From: Raillietiella orientalis
Taxonomy: Eukaryota
NCBI GenBank assembly: GCA_036172245.1
Contig: JAYWIR010000008.1
Location: 1,674,001-1,738,000 of the forward strand
Reading direction: 5' to 3'
DNA length: 64,000 nt
The notes below the pieces were generated by a model. The model saw only the letters and a program-made list of their open reading frames with translations. It was not told where the DNA came from and did not search any database. The translations under genes and the position numbers were made by a program. Shown here one piece after another: positions 23,776-36,147 of this stretch (the stretch's first letter is position 1; each line of letters begins with the position of its first letter).

Positions 23776-25061
23776 TTTTTCCTGTGGCTTTGTGAGAGCG
23801 AAAAGCTCCCGGAGCGCGTAGACAGCGGATGTTTGCCTAACGGGGAAACTCCAGGAAGACGCGGTTCCTCCTCGAGAATGCAAAATGACCCGTTCCCCTC
23901 TCTCTTCCTTTCTTTGCGGTCCCGGTGCTCAGAAGATCCGGAAGCGATCGGCTGCACGGCTGTTCATTCGGGATGAGGGAGCGAACCTGGCGGCCGAAGA
24001 GACCGCAGAGGCCGAAGCAAACTCCCTTTTCGACGCCGAGAAGGTCTCAAGGACGGAAACGGGAGAACAGGATGCGCGACATCAGCACGAGCAATCCGAA
24101 GGTTCCTGGCTTTGCCAGGATGGGATTCGAGAGGCGCTCGCCGCAGCGGAAACTGCGGTCCAGGATCTCCGATCGGGAATCCTGCATCCGCGCTGGAAAA
24201 GCTGCGCGAGCAAAACTCAATCCGACCAAAAGGTGAACGCCGCAGCCTCCTCGCTCCTCTTCGACTTCGATGCGGCGATTTCGGGGAGCTGCGCCGTCCG
24301 GCACACGCACACCGGCGAGGGGTGCGAGGGGACGCCAAGCCAAGCCCGACGGCGATTCCGCGCGAAGGGTCGAAGGAGATGGCGAAGGGAAGGAACTCTC
24401 CTGCGACCTCGGCGGCTGGCGCACTTTCTCCGCTCGGTGCGTCTGGCGGCGGGCGTGGGGTGGCTGCCGGCTCGACGCCGCTTCCGAAGCCTCGGGGCTG
24501 CACCAGTCGGGGCTGCTGGACGCGGACGGCTCGCTCGCCTCTTGGGGGTGCTCACGACCTTGTCCGAGAGATCCGGAGGGCTCGGAAGGCTTCTTCCAGG
24601 CCATTCCGGACCAGGCTCGGGTCGCAAGTCCGACCTTGCACCTTGGAGGCGAGGGGAGGTCTTCGCGGTGGACCGTCTTCTCCTTCCGAGTTTTCCACGA
24701 AGCTGCCGTTCTCCCGAACGTCCGTCGCGCTTCCTCTCGACTGCCTTCCCGCCGTCCGCAGGCATCCCCGGCTGCACCACCCGCTGCTCTCTGCGGATGC
24801 CGAGTTGGGCGGGTCCTCGGCTTCTGGAGCTGCTTTCCGCAGCCGGCTGTTCGCCAGAGAGCGCGGCATGGCGCGGGATCGCGCCGCCGTGTCCGGGGGG
24901 TCTTTGACGGTTCGGAGCAACTGCCCACGGCGGATGTTCCGGTCTTGCAGGGTAGGTCGGGCGGGAGGCACCCTCTCTTTGATCTGTTCCCTCGCACGCG
25001 CTCTCAGACCGCCCGATTCGGCACGATTTGGGCTTTGCGTTCGTGCCCATTTCAAGCACCG
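23776..25061 (-). repeat. 1286-bp inverted repeat, right copy
   Basis: Partner of 10958-12243, ~99.5% identical. Confidence 0.99.
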
Positions 25062-28000
25062 CCGCCAGCGTCGTCAGCATCCGTGACAGCCAAACTTTTA
25101 ACCCCTGTATTGCCTCCCGGGGCGTTACCATCCTTTGGTGCTTTTTTCCCTGGGTGTTGCTCTTGTGCAACGGAGCTGTTTTAACAGCTTCCCTCCTCAT
25201 TCCCCTCTCTGGAAGTTTCTCTGGCATGCATAACCGGAAGGGGAAAGAGAGTGTTTAAAACTTTATTAGCACAAAGAGCTGAAAGAGCAGGGGCTCGCAT
25301 CGGGAAAAGTTTTCTGCTGTGGATCGACATTTTCCTATCCTGGATCTTCCATGCGGCCAGGTTCAACGCCACTGGAGCATCGCCGGCACTCCGGGTGAAC
25401 GAGCCTCTCTCTACCACGGGAAAAACAAGGTCGTCGTGCAATCTCCGGACTAGCCCTTAAGGGGCTCAGAAGCGCGGCATAGTCACGGGCAGCCCTTCCG
25501 CGCCCGCTTTTGAAACTCTTGCCGAACAGTACGCGGAGGGCCGAAGTGCACTGGGGGGGCGCTCCAACCGCCCCAAGGATGGGTCTCTCAGGATCCCCTT
25601 GCAGGGAGGTTCGCCTGTTGAGAGTTTCTCTCAGCTCTGCCTCCTCTTTAACCATCCTTCCTCACTCGAAAAAGCGGCAACAGCAGCCAAGGGGAAAAAG
25701 GGGTGTTGCTGCTAGCCAGGGAAACCTTTCGCCGCCCACATGAGGAGTGCAGCGGAAAGGTCCGAGATGGAATTTGGCGTAAGATGCACCTCGGGCCAGT
25801 CGGGGGCAGGTCAGACGTTGACCTCTGACCCAATGAACCATCTCCGTTTTCCCCTCCATTCGACTCAGGCTGCCAGAGAAGGCCGGAGGGCAGCTCCTTA
25901 GCGACCTCCACTCTGAGAAGAGGACTGCGAGACGGCACCATGTGACTCCAGGAACGAGCGGCATTTCTTCCACATTCGCGTGACGACCAAGAGCTAGACA
26001 TACTGGGAAATCCGGAGACCCTTGCCTCCTCCCCCTTCATTTATTCCCATCTCCTTGCATCTGTGATCCCAGTCTGCCCCATTGGGCAAGTGCACACCCG
26101 ACAACGTCCCTCCTCTTGAGAACTCCGCTCAGAGATTCCTTCCTGACTAGAATCCTTGCTTTTCATTTTTCGTTTTGATAAACGAACATCCAGCCTCATG
26201 TCGGCATTCCCTGAAACGTGCTCCCGAGGCCCGCAAATGTGCGTTTCCTTAATTTGAACAAACGCCCCAAAGTGACCTCCTCACCCGGCGCTGCCAGGCG
26301 GTCTCTTCTACCTAAAGCGTGTACAGTTCGAGCGGTGCCCGACGCGTACCGTCGCGAAACCACACGACCCACCCTTCCTACCGAAGGAACCGGAGCCGAC
26401 TGGACGGAGAGCTGACGGATGAATCCATGGATGGGGGACGGGATGGGGAAGGATAAGGTGCTCCACCCTCTTCGGACTAGTCCTCCTCCCGCTGCAGTCC
26501 GAAGGTTCCCTTGTACTTTACATCCCGGGTTGGACCTTCCCACGTGGGTCATAAAATGGACGGCCTCACCCTGCCGCCATTTTCGCCATCGCCCGGCACC
26601 ATCCAGCGGAGACGCTGAAGAACCAACGGTTGCACGAGACAGAGGATCTCAAGGGGAAAGGCAGCCCGAAGTGGCCGCCGCCCCTCCGAGCAGGGGTCGG
26701 TTGGACACGGGAGTATTCCTGTGATGCGCTTCCATCCTCGGCGCAGTCTCCTGCGTTGGTTGGCTCCGCGCCCAGGGCGATTGCGCCCAGGCAGTGGACG
26801 GGAGTCCCCGGGCCTCTTGTGATCGGACTGCGGGCGGCAAGGCTCCAGGCCCGCGGCTCGATCCTGGAGGAGCCACGGGCCGCTCCCTAGGTGCCGTTGC
26901 GTGAGGGAAGCCCTTAGCACTCTCCTGCATGCCTCACGGAAACGGACGAAGAAGGGGTGGCAGTGGGGGGTGGTCCGCAGCCATCGGGACCACCCTCCGG
27001 AGGGATGCTCGCATCCTCACTCGTTCGGCGGCGAGCAAGTTCAGGTCGGCGTTCTGGAGAGGTGGGAGCCTGGTCCTCCAGGGACACCTTGGATGGAGAC
27101 CCGGAGAGCTTGCTACACCAGACCTGAGACTCTGGGGTGCTCCCCGCAGTCCTCCGAGGGGCATCAAAAACAAGGATGGGGAGAGAAGAGCGGCGGCGAT
27201 GTTACGCTCAGCTTCGCTTCGGAAGACGAGGGGGAGTCCGCTGTCGCACCAGGGGCAGCTGCGCCAAACCACCATTTGCGCGCCGATTGCCCTTCCGACC
27301 TATCACTTTCTTCCCAGTCGGTTTCCCGAGAGGCTCGGACGCGTCTCGTCTCAGGTTAGCGTTTCCCGTCCTGTTGGGATCCGTCGTGTCTGTTTCAGAT
27401 AGGGCACGGATCCCTCTTGGCATGTCAAGGTGAGGAGGTCTCGTGGTCTCCTCCAGGAATTGCTGTCGAAGCAGCTCCGCTCCTCGTGAGGGCGAGAGGC
27501 TGCGGGGTTTCGAGCCGCCTTGACCCTCAGGACGACCGTTGCTGCACCCGAGTGACGCTCCCCGCGGCGCGGCGAAATCGCGGCCCCTCGCCCTGCCCGC
27601 GCACGCGGAAGGATTCCCTTCCAGCCGCGAGGCTTCCTTCCCATGTGGAAAGGGACAGCAGGTGATGAGAGAGGCTGGCGCTCGGGGGCATCAGGGGAGG
27701 CAGGACAGGTGTACCAATCGTGGCGCCTCCCTCCGTCCGAGCTGTACAAACACGCAGAGGATGTTTACCTTCCGGGACAAGGGCCGCAAGGGTCCGGAAG
27801 CGCGAGGGAGGAGGGCTCTTGGCTTGTCCAAACAAGCTCGGGGGCTCCCCGGAGAATCGTCCCTTCCTCAAGGATTAACACCTCGTGAGCTCCCGGGGAC
27901 GTGGCCCTCTCCGAGCGCGGGAGCACTTCGTGTCCTGTGGGATTTCATTATTCCCCCTGCGAGCAAGGGGACGCGTGCGTTGCTGGTGGAAACTCCCGTC

Positions 28001-28941
28001 TCCTCTTTCACGGATGAGAGCGGCGGCTGCGCCGTCGTCGCTGCAGTTGGCGCCTTTCCGGAGCCATGCGCAGCCGCAGGTGAGGTTGAGGTCTGCATTG
28101 CCTTCCTCGCCTCCCTGCCGGAGGGGAGGACCGCGAGAGCATCTCCTCCAGAAGCAGCTTTTCCTTCCAGAAAGGAAGGGGCGCATTGCAGACCCCCAAC
28201 GCAGACTCCGGGAGGAGGAATTTCATCCTATCCTCTCTGCGGGGACGCAGGAAGACCCCCTCCTTCGCATCTTTGCCGAAGGAGAAGCTCCAGGAATCGA
28301 CGTGCGGGGAGCAGAAGTTCTTCACCGGAGGGGTGGGCCGCCTCCCCTTTGTTCCAAGGATGCTCTCGATGCTTTCCCGGGCGTGGGAAGATGGCATTGT
28401 CCCACTTTCTCATTCCTTTGTCCCCTCACCACTCCGGCGAGAGGGCTGCGCGGAGGTAAAGAAGCGGGCAGCACGAGAGCCACTCCCGGCCGGACGGCAA
28501 CTGTGGAAACGGAGAGGCGGATAGCAACCAGGGTGCGAAGGAAGAGGCCTTCGAGAAAGGGGGGCTTTCGTTCGAAGGGGCTCGCCTCCACTGCGGATTT
28601 CCCGCCCCCCCCTTTCCTAGACGTAGTTGCCCCATGTGTCATTTAGCGCCGTCCACCGCTGCTGCCATCGCCTCTTCCACACACGAGATCGAGGAATCGC
28701 CTCCCCGAGGTTCGTCAGGCTACCGTGGCCACTTCTGTTGCTGCCATCGCTGCCGCTGCTAAGTGCCACCGCTGCTGAGGCTGCAGTTCCATGGTGATTG
28801 GTAGTCTGCAAGCACGCGGGAGCGGCCTGGGAAGGAGCGCTCTGGATCACCACGACCACCACCACTTGAAGTTCTCGGCCTCTGCCCCGAGGCGGTCCTC
28901 CGCCTCCGGTTTTCATTTCGGACCCTCATCTGGTTCAGCGC

Positions 28942-29285
28942 TCGGCGACCCGATCGATTGCTGTAAGACCCTGAGTGGATCGCCTCCCATCCACTCAAGG
29001 GGAGCGCTTGACGGCAGCAAGTGGGCCATCCTGGTGAGACTGTACCTGGACTGGTAAGACTGGGGGAAGGCAAGTTCTCCAGAGGCGGCGGAGAGGTGGG
29101 AGAGGAGGTTACCTACCGGACCGCAGGGGCTATTCCAAGACCGCCGCTCTGTGGAGAGCGAGACCAAAATCCCCTCGAGGGAGTTTCGAGATGCCCACGT
29201 CCTTCCTCTGAGCTCACCAGGGTCTACCCTAAGTACCGAGAAACACCCCAGGCCTGCTTAGCAGGAATCCATCCTCATGGAACGG
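28942..29285 (+). repeat. family A diverged direct copy
   Basis: Collinear blocks with 4630-4985, roughly 65-70% identical with indels. Peptides PPIHSRGALDGSKWAILVRL versus PPVHSKGALGGRKWAILVRL. Confidence 0.85.
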
Positions 29286-31159
29286 TTTAGCAGCAGAGTT
29301 GGGGAGTCCTTCTGCAAGTGCTCTCCGAATGCGGAAGGTCTTTTTTCCTGGAGAATTCTCTCCCTACCGGGCAGACTCCTCTTTCCCTTATCTCCTCGCT
29401 CCCTCCTCTCCTTCCCCGCTTCCGAGATCGCCGGAACACTTATCTCGGATGCACGCGCCTACTCTTTTGTTCATCTGCCACCATACGTCTTGCGTCTTTT
29501 GTTCGATCAGACGGGTTAGATACAGGAGCCCCAGGAGTAGGGAGAAATAGTGTAAGGGATGGTTCCTCCGCTGAGATACTCAAAAATGCTCGCGGGCATA
29601 TGCGAAGCAGCGCCAGAGCCCTCTTTGTGTACCGATGAATCGATGCGTTTTCGAAGGCTCCTTGCGGGGCGTGAAGTTCGCCCACCTCTGCAGCAGATCC
29701 GCCCGTCGGATCTTCGCACCGTCCCTCGAGCCCGTGATCTGCTCCGCTACGAGCTGGAATCTGCGGGCGGGCGATGGCTGGATTCCAAGGAGATAGTCAG
29801 GGTACCGGAAGGACGAAGCTTCCGGTGGCACCCTGCACCCGGATTGCGAGCATCCACGATCTCCCTGCTGCTCCTTGGGTTGCAGCCTCGCTGGTGCCGG
29901 CGTCGACCTCATCGGCAGACGCCAGGTCCAGTTTGGTTGTTCCGGAGATTCCTCGCTGGTCCTCCTAACCGGCCGCGCTGCTCCGGAAGCTCCACATGGA
30001 CCCCTCACCCTAGAGTGATGCGTAAGCTCAACTCACCAAGTGCTCCGACGCTCATCTTTCTCAGAGAAGAGTAGACGCCCGGCCCACAAATTCCTCTGTC
30101 GTGGGGAAAAGATGGCGAGCACTCAGGGTTCTCTGGAGCCTTGCCGAAGCCATGAGCGCACCGTCGAGGAGAGTTTTCCGAGCCGGAAGTCTTGAAGAAG
30201 GAACACGGAGACTGTCCGCTGACTCGTAAATTCCTACGAGCGACGGTCAGAGAACGCACTCCGAACTGCCGAAGACCGGGCGGCGGAGAGTGCGCAGAGT
30301 GCGCAGGCGGAAGACAGCCGCTGTTCGATGAGGAATTTCCCTGCACGACCATCCCTCATCTCGGATGTCGTCCGTTCATTCCCGGAAGGGAAGGATACAT
30401 CCAGAGAGACACGCAGGCAGGAAAGGGCCAAATAGAAGGAAGGAGCGGTCGGTCTCCAGCTGCCTCTGCGACGGCGAAAGCACCATCGTGGACGTCCGGG
30501 ATCCAGACCGTCCCTGAGCTGTGCGCAAGAAAGACAAATGGGGCACCTCACAGCTTCCCCAGCCAGCAAGGGCAGGAAGGGACGCCCACTGGACGCCTTC
30601 TTGACAGCGCGCCTCTCTGGATGTAGGACCGGGGCGGAGGATCCACCGAAGAGGGTTCATCCAAGAGTCGCGAACCCGGAGAGTTTCTTGGGAGAGATCC
30701 CAACGCGACCCATGACCGAGCAGGTCTTTCCGCCAGCTGAAAGAGGCAGAAGGGTGCGGGCGGCACTGGAGGGCGCTAGCCGAAGCGCGAACGGTCGGCT
30801 GGCGGGCGCGCGAAGAAGGAACAAACGCCTACCCTCCCCGGCTCCACAGCCGCCCTCAGCCCGGCAGAGGCGCCGGGGCGACAGGATTTTCTTCCGTCTC
30901 TGACGCGTCTCCCGGCCGGTGGCGCTTCGGAGATGCGGGTCGCGAGCACCCTTACATCTCTTCCGGGAGGGCGGCTTTGCGGGCAAGGGAGGAGGAGCTC
31001 AGGTCGCTCCGGAAAGACGGGTGACTTTCCCCTGGAGCGCGCAGCCGGATCCGCTCCCGGTCTTGGCGCGCACGCGCCGGCGCGCGCGCTGGGGCAGCTG
31101 GCGGTCGTTTTTTCCCCCCTCCTCTCTGGAACTCCCGGGAGAGCGCGCAAGCGCGCCGC

Positions 31160-31294
31160 ATTTCCCTCCCCCTCCTCCCTCGCTTTCCTTCTCTGCTTTC
31201 TTTCCTTCCTCCTTCGCCTCCTTCCCGCTGCTTCCTGCTTCCTACCCTCTTCTTCTCCTTCTCCTCCTCCTCCCATTCCCGGATTCTCCCCTTT
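31160..31294 (+). repeat. polypyrimidine low-complexity tract
   Basis: About 135 nt almost entirely C/T (CCT/CTT-rich). Confidence 0.85.
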
Positions 31295-31762
31295 TGCAGC
31301 AGGGAAACCGTCCTGCGTACCGTGTCCTCGGCGACAACGCGGAGATCATAAATCTGCTGACAGCCATGTAGCAGAAACAGGATGAGCACACGCAAGAACT
31401 GGTTCGGGATCCCGTCCCTGTTCCAGAAATTCTTCAGGGATACGCTTCTCCGTGAGTATTTTTTTTGTTCCCTTTCCTTCCTTCCCCACTCCTCCTCATT
31501 AGCATTTCCACCGGGCGCGGAGCGTGGGGCTCCTTATGGTCAAGGTGGCTGCTGCGGAGGCAGCGGTGGTTCCTCTGGCTGGGACAGCTCGGGGGCGGGT
31601 CGCGAGAACACCCGGTTCATTAGAAAGTCCCTCACTCGAAACGAAAGGGATCTTTCCGCGTGGGAAAGACGGGGAGGGGAAGACTCCTGGCCATCCTGAG
31701 CAGCCGGGGTCTCGGGAAGCCGCGGACCTCAGATCGCGGCCCGGGTTACCCTTCCAACCGTG

Positions 31763-31882
31763 TATGTCAAGGTGACCGGCCTCAGAGAACGGGGATGCCA
31801 GCGGGATCGATGAAACCTTTCTTATGTCAAGGTGACCGGCCTCAGAGAACGGGGATGCCAGCGGGATCGATGAAACCTTTCT
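31763..31882. repeat. perfect 60-bp tandem duplication (2 copies)
   Basis: TATGTCAAGGTGACCGGCCTCAGAGAACGGGGATGCCAGCGGGATCGATGAAACCTTTCT at 31763-31822 and 31823-31882. Confidence 0.99.
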
Positions 31883-32772
31883 AAGGGATGCCGGGGGAGT
31901 TCGAAATGCTGTCGTTCTCGGCCCCGGCGTCGTCTCAGCCTCCGAACCTCTTGCTGCGTAGTGATGGGGAATCTGCGCACCTTGAAGCCTCCCATTCAAG
32001 CCTCGTTCAGCGCGAGGCTTCGCTCGGAGGAGGAGGGGTGTGGAAGCCCTTTCCCTATCCGGCGGGAGGGGGAGGAGGGATGCGCCCAGGATGTTTCTCC
32101 TTTCGCAAGGGAGGCACCCTGCTTTGCACCCTTCCGCGCGCCCTCCAGACCCCGCTGAGTACTCCTCTCGCTCGAAGATGCTGCGACGGCTGAAAAATCT
32201 GCGCCTTCCTGGGGTCCCCGTTGGTTTCGGAAGATGCTGCGACAGCCAAACGAGTGGCTCGGTTGCGACCTGCGCCCGCCTCGCCATCTCGCCACCTCAG
32301 CCGCTGCAGTGTGCCCCAGTGCTCTCCTTGACTCCTCCACCCTTCCTCCTTCATGTATGTGCCCGATGGGTTCGACCTGAAGCCCGGTACTGCACTCGTG
32401 GGCGGATTCCGAGAGACCAGCGGAAACCGCCCGAGACTCACGCACCCGGTGGATCGATGCTTTTGATCAAAGATGGAGCCAGCAGTGGTCTTCTTTCCTC
32501 TTGCTCCGGTCTCCAGTACACCAAAACTTTCCCTTCCGAAGTGCATCCGAAGAAGATGGTGGGAGATGTCATTACTCTTGTAGGAAGATCGTTGGTTCAC
32601 TCAAGAAGAATGCAACGCAGAATGCGGCCCGAGTTTCTTCAGAGAAGGACGCTGCGCAGGACACGGCTGGCTCTCAGAGGGAAACCCTGAGAGAAAAGGA
32701 AGGAGGCCAAGGGATAAATGAGGATACATAAATGATGAGGGAAGAGAGAAGGTCACATGACTCGGGTCCGTC

Positions 32773-33190
32773 CGACTCGCGGTTCCCTCAGCAATGCAGA
32801 CAGCGTTCTTGCACGTCGTAGGGATCTTCCCGTGCCTTCCGCAGCATGGGGGTGGACACTCGTCACTTTTGGAGCTGCTTCTTCGCGAGACGAATCTCCC
32901 CGATGCCGTGCAAGGGGGCGGCTGCCGGCCCGCCAGGGAGGAAGTCAGCCGGGAACGAAGAAACGCCTCGCGCAAGCTGCTCGATGGTGCCTCCCGGACG
33001 GAATAGGCTCTCTCGCCTGCTCATTTCCGGTCGGGACGAAGGGTGCTGCCACGTCCAGTGCAGGGCGCGGGGAAGGGTTCCTGCGATTCCTGCCTCACAC
33101 GATTCGGGGAGAACTCCCTCTCCTTCCCCGTCATGCGACGGCGGCGTCTGTTGCAAGTGAGTCTCCTCCCGTGCGGGAGGACAACCGTCG
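32773..33190 (+). repeat. dispersed repeat B, copy 1
   Basis: Reverse complement of 54603-55015. The core 32871-33155 versus 54636-54920 has about 8 mismatches in 285 bp; weaker similarity extends to about 32670 and 33290. Confidence 0.97.
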
Positions 33191-35508
33191 TCTTCAACAC
33201 GCGGAGTGTCGGCTTTGTCCCGAGGCAAGGGGACACCTCTCCCCTCTCCCTCTTGGATGTGTCTCGATGTTCTTCTGCACTAGCTGTCGTTTTGCTTCAG
33301 AGTGACCGCGTCGGCTAGCTGGCCTGCAGGGCTTCTTCGAAGGGACGTCACGACCTGGGCTGGGATCACGGCGCTTCCCTTTGCGCGTGTGCAATCGCGT
33401 TGGCGTATTCATTCCTAAAGGACATCTCCCTCCCTCCCTCCCTTCCCTCCCCTTTCTTCGCTCTCGGCTGCTGCAATAGGGCTCCAAAGGGAAGTCTTGT
33501 CTTCTGGTTCCTCTCCGCTGCCACCTGACTTGGGGGCAAAGCTTGGAGACTCATGAGATGGCAAATGGAGTCTTCCGTACCCGTGGATGATCACTGCTTT
33601 TCCTTAGGAAAAAGAGACTTCGAGGATGCGCATGTTTTCTGCTTTTGGTTCTGCACCATCTCTGAGAGGAAGAATCCAGTGAGAGTCCTCCATTTCCCTT
33701 CTGGGAGAGTGCAGACCCCAGGACGAGAACTGAGAGGAGGGTATCCCAGGGTCGTCCTGAGATCCATGAAGCGACGGAATGCTGCAGGAACTCGGAATAT
33801 CTCGCGAAAGGGAGGATCGAGCGGGACTCGTGACGTTTGCTTGCCAATGTACGGTACAATGGGGGCATGCATTGGACACACCGTCTGGGACATCAGTCAG
33901 ATGAAGACGCCGGACCAAATCAGTGAGACCAGCGGCCTGCGTGCCAGTAATCTGCAGCTCGCAATATGTATGGAGGACGCAAGTCCAGCCCTTTGGGTAG
34001 CGGACCCTTACTCAACAACACCCGTGGCTTGGGGAACTTGTCGTGCGGACGCGAGGAAGTCGGTTCGAAACCCGCCTCAGACGAGAGATATCTTGATAGT
34101 CTCGAGACGTGGAAGAAATATCAAGAAAGAGGAATCGCGGTGGGGCATTTCCTGGATGGGTCGAAAAAGGAAGAAGGACGTCGAGAAAGGATCGGGGGAG
34201 GAGGAGGAAGAGGGATGGAAGGACCCGCCCGCCCGAACAAGGATGCATCTTAAGGAAAGGGGTCCTACGAATCTTGAACATACGTGGAGAAGGGGTTGGT
34301 CGGGAAGCGGGAGCCAGCGCGGAGGTCCTGGGATCGTCGGGGAGTTCGGAAGGTCTGGGGCACACTCTGCCGCTTTCCTCAGAAGACTACTCAGGCCGCT
34401 GGCAAAAGGAATCCCTTGCTAGTCGGATGTCTCAATGAATGAAGCTACCGACTCGCTCGAGGAGCGCGTCGGAGGAGCGTTATGGGTTCCTCCCGGTTCT
34501 CATCGGAAGCGTCGAGAGAGGGAAGGGACCGGAAATTGTTTTGCACTTGTGGTGGACACCCCGAGGAGCTGGCATTGTCCCTTTGAACCGATCCCTTCGA
34601 GATTTACTGTCATCCGGGATTTGGGAATGCAATGGGTCTGCCTTTTTGGGGATGAGTGGTCTCTGACTGCTTCGGAGTCGAGGGCGGCGAGGAGCCGGTT
34701 TCCGACGGTGGGGGAAGATCCGGACCTCAGTAGGGATTTCCCTCCTGCGTTTGGAGGTGGGGCAACTGAAAGCAACGCCTTCTTCCCCGTGGAATGTAAG
34801 GAACGGAAGAAAGTGAGGAGAGAAGCAAACAACGGGGTCATCCGAAGGTCACGCGGGTCTATACGCCTGTGGCTAAGGCATGAGACTTGCTTGGTTTGTC
34901 CCGGGTCGCCCTTTCCTTTCCCTGCTTCTCCTCTTTCCCAGGGCACAAGGAAGGTGAGATGGAGTCAGTCCTCCTCGCACCAGTGGAAGGAAGGAAAGGA
35001 GCACCGAAATTTCCCTTTCCTTCTGCCCCCAGCTTAGGAACAGCCTGTCGCGGAGGGTGGGTCGTTTCTTTTTTCCCTTTCTCTCCCTAAGAGAGAACTC
35101 CAGGACAAGGGAGCATTCCTTGGAACGGAGCAAAGTGGGAAAGGTGGGGGAGAAGAAGAGACGCTCTTCCGGGATCTGCAGGACTCGACGTCGTGACGCT
35201 CAGCATTCGCCCGATTTTCATCTTTCTCGCGTTGGCTTCTCCGCTTCCAGCAGTCATTTTCCCTTTATCGTGAGGGAAGCCACGACTTTCAGCACCTTGT
35301 TTTCCTACCGGAGGCTCGCTGACCTGGCTGGTGACCTCAGGGTGCGTGCCTCCAGCATACGTCTCCCCCACTCTGTATGCAGTCTCATGTCACATCCTCT
35401 TCACGTTTTTCTTGACTTCTCTGAGAACTTCGCCGCACTTAGGATCCCGGATTACGGCGACCCAACTACTAGCTCCCCTTTGGCGGCGGTAAGCAGAGAC
35501 GACCACCG

Positions 35509-36147
35509 GTGCTCGATCTCCTTTCTTCCACGGGTTTCTTCCAGCGCCGTCTGAAAATCCACGCGTGGGTGGGCATTGCTGGACAGGATGATCCTTTCTG
35601 GAACTCCAGTACAGCCTCCGAATTCGTGAGTCCCCACCCTTGGCACCAGTTGGTTGGAGACAACCAGCTCTTATCTTCTCCTGCGCCGTCTCTTTCGCGC
35701 ATCAGACACCGAGTCAACGGTGGCTGCCAGAATCTTTGCGAGCGCGCGTCAGATGGACTCGCAGCGGTCAGCTCTAGAGTCAACAGACAGAGCTCGGACG
35801 CTGTTGCGAGAGCTGCGTTCCTCCTCCCGGAGGCATCGAATGCACTTTGTTCGCATCAGGGTGACCTCCGGCTTCCAGGAAAATCCAGTCGCGCGAAGGT
35901 GTGGCGGATGCTTCTGCGCATCTATCGGGCGATCTCAGAAGCCTAGCTCCGGCGCTGCAGAGGAGACAGGGAAGGTGCTGCCGTCGTTCGTGTGCAGGAC
36001 GACGACGACGGCACCCTCTCTTGCTCGTGGTCGATTCGGACACGCAGCGAAAGGAGGCAGTCACTGAGCATCGCAAAACGGGAGGACACCCAGGGCTCCC
36101 GAAATGAACCAGCGCTTTCTGGAATCCTGGGTAGATTGCATGGGTGA
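35509..36147 (+). pseudogene. possible decayed coding fragment of unknown family
   Basis: ORF 35509..35946 continues in frame past one TAG to 36147 (…KVWRMLLRIYRAISEA*LRRCRGDREGAAVVRVQDDDDGTLSCSW…). Support is composition only. Confidence 0.18.

Noticed and set aside
10958..25061. LTR retrotransposon, DIRS element or intact Polinton
   Set aside because: The repeats are inverted and lack TG...CA ends and a TSD. No gag, RT, RNase H, integrase, tyrosine recombinase, polB, ATPase or capsid motif is recognisable in the ORF track.
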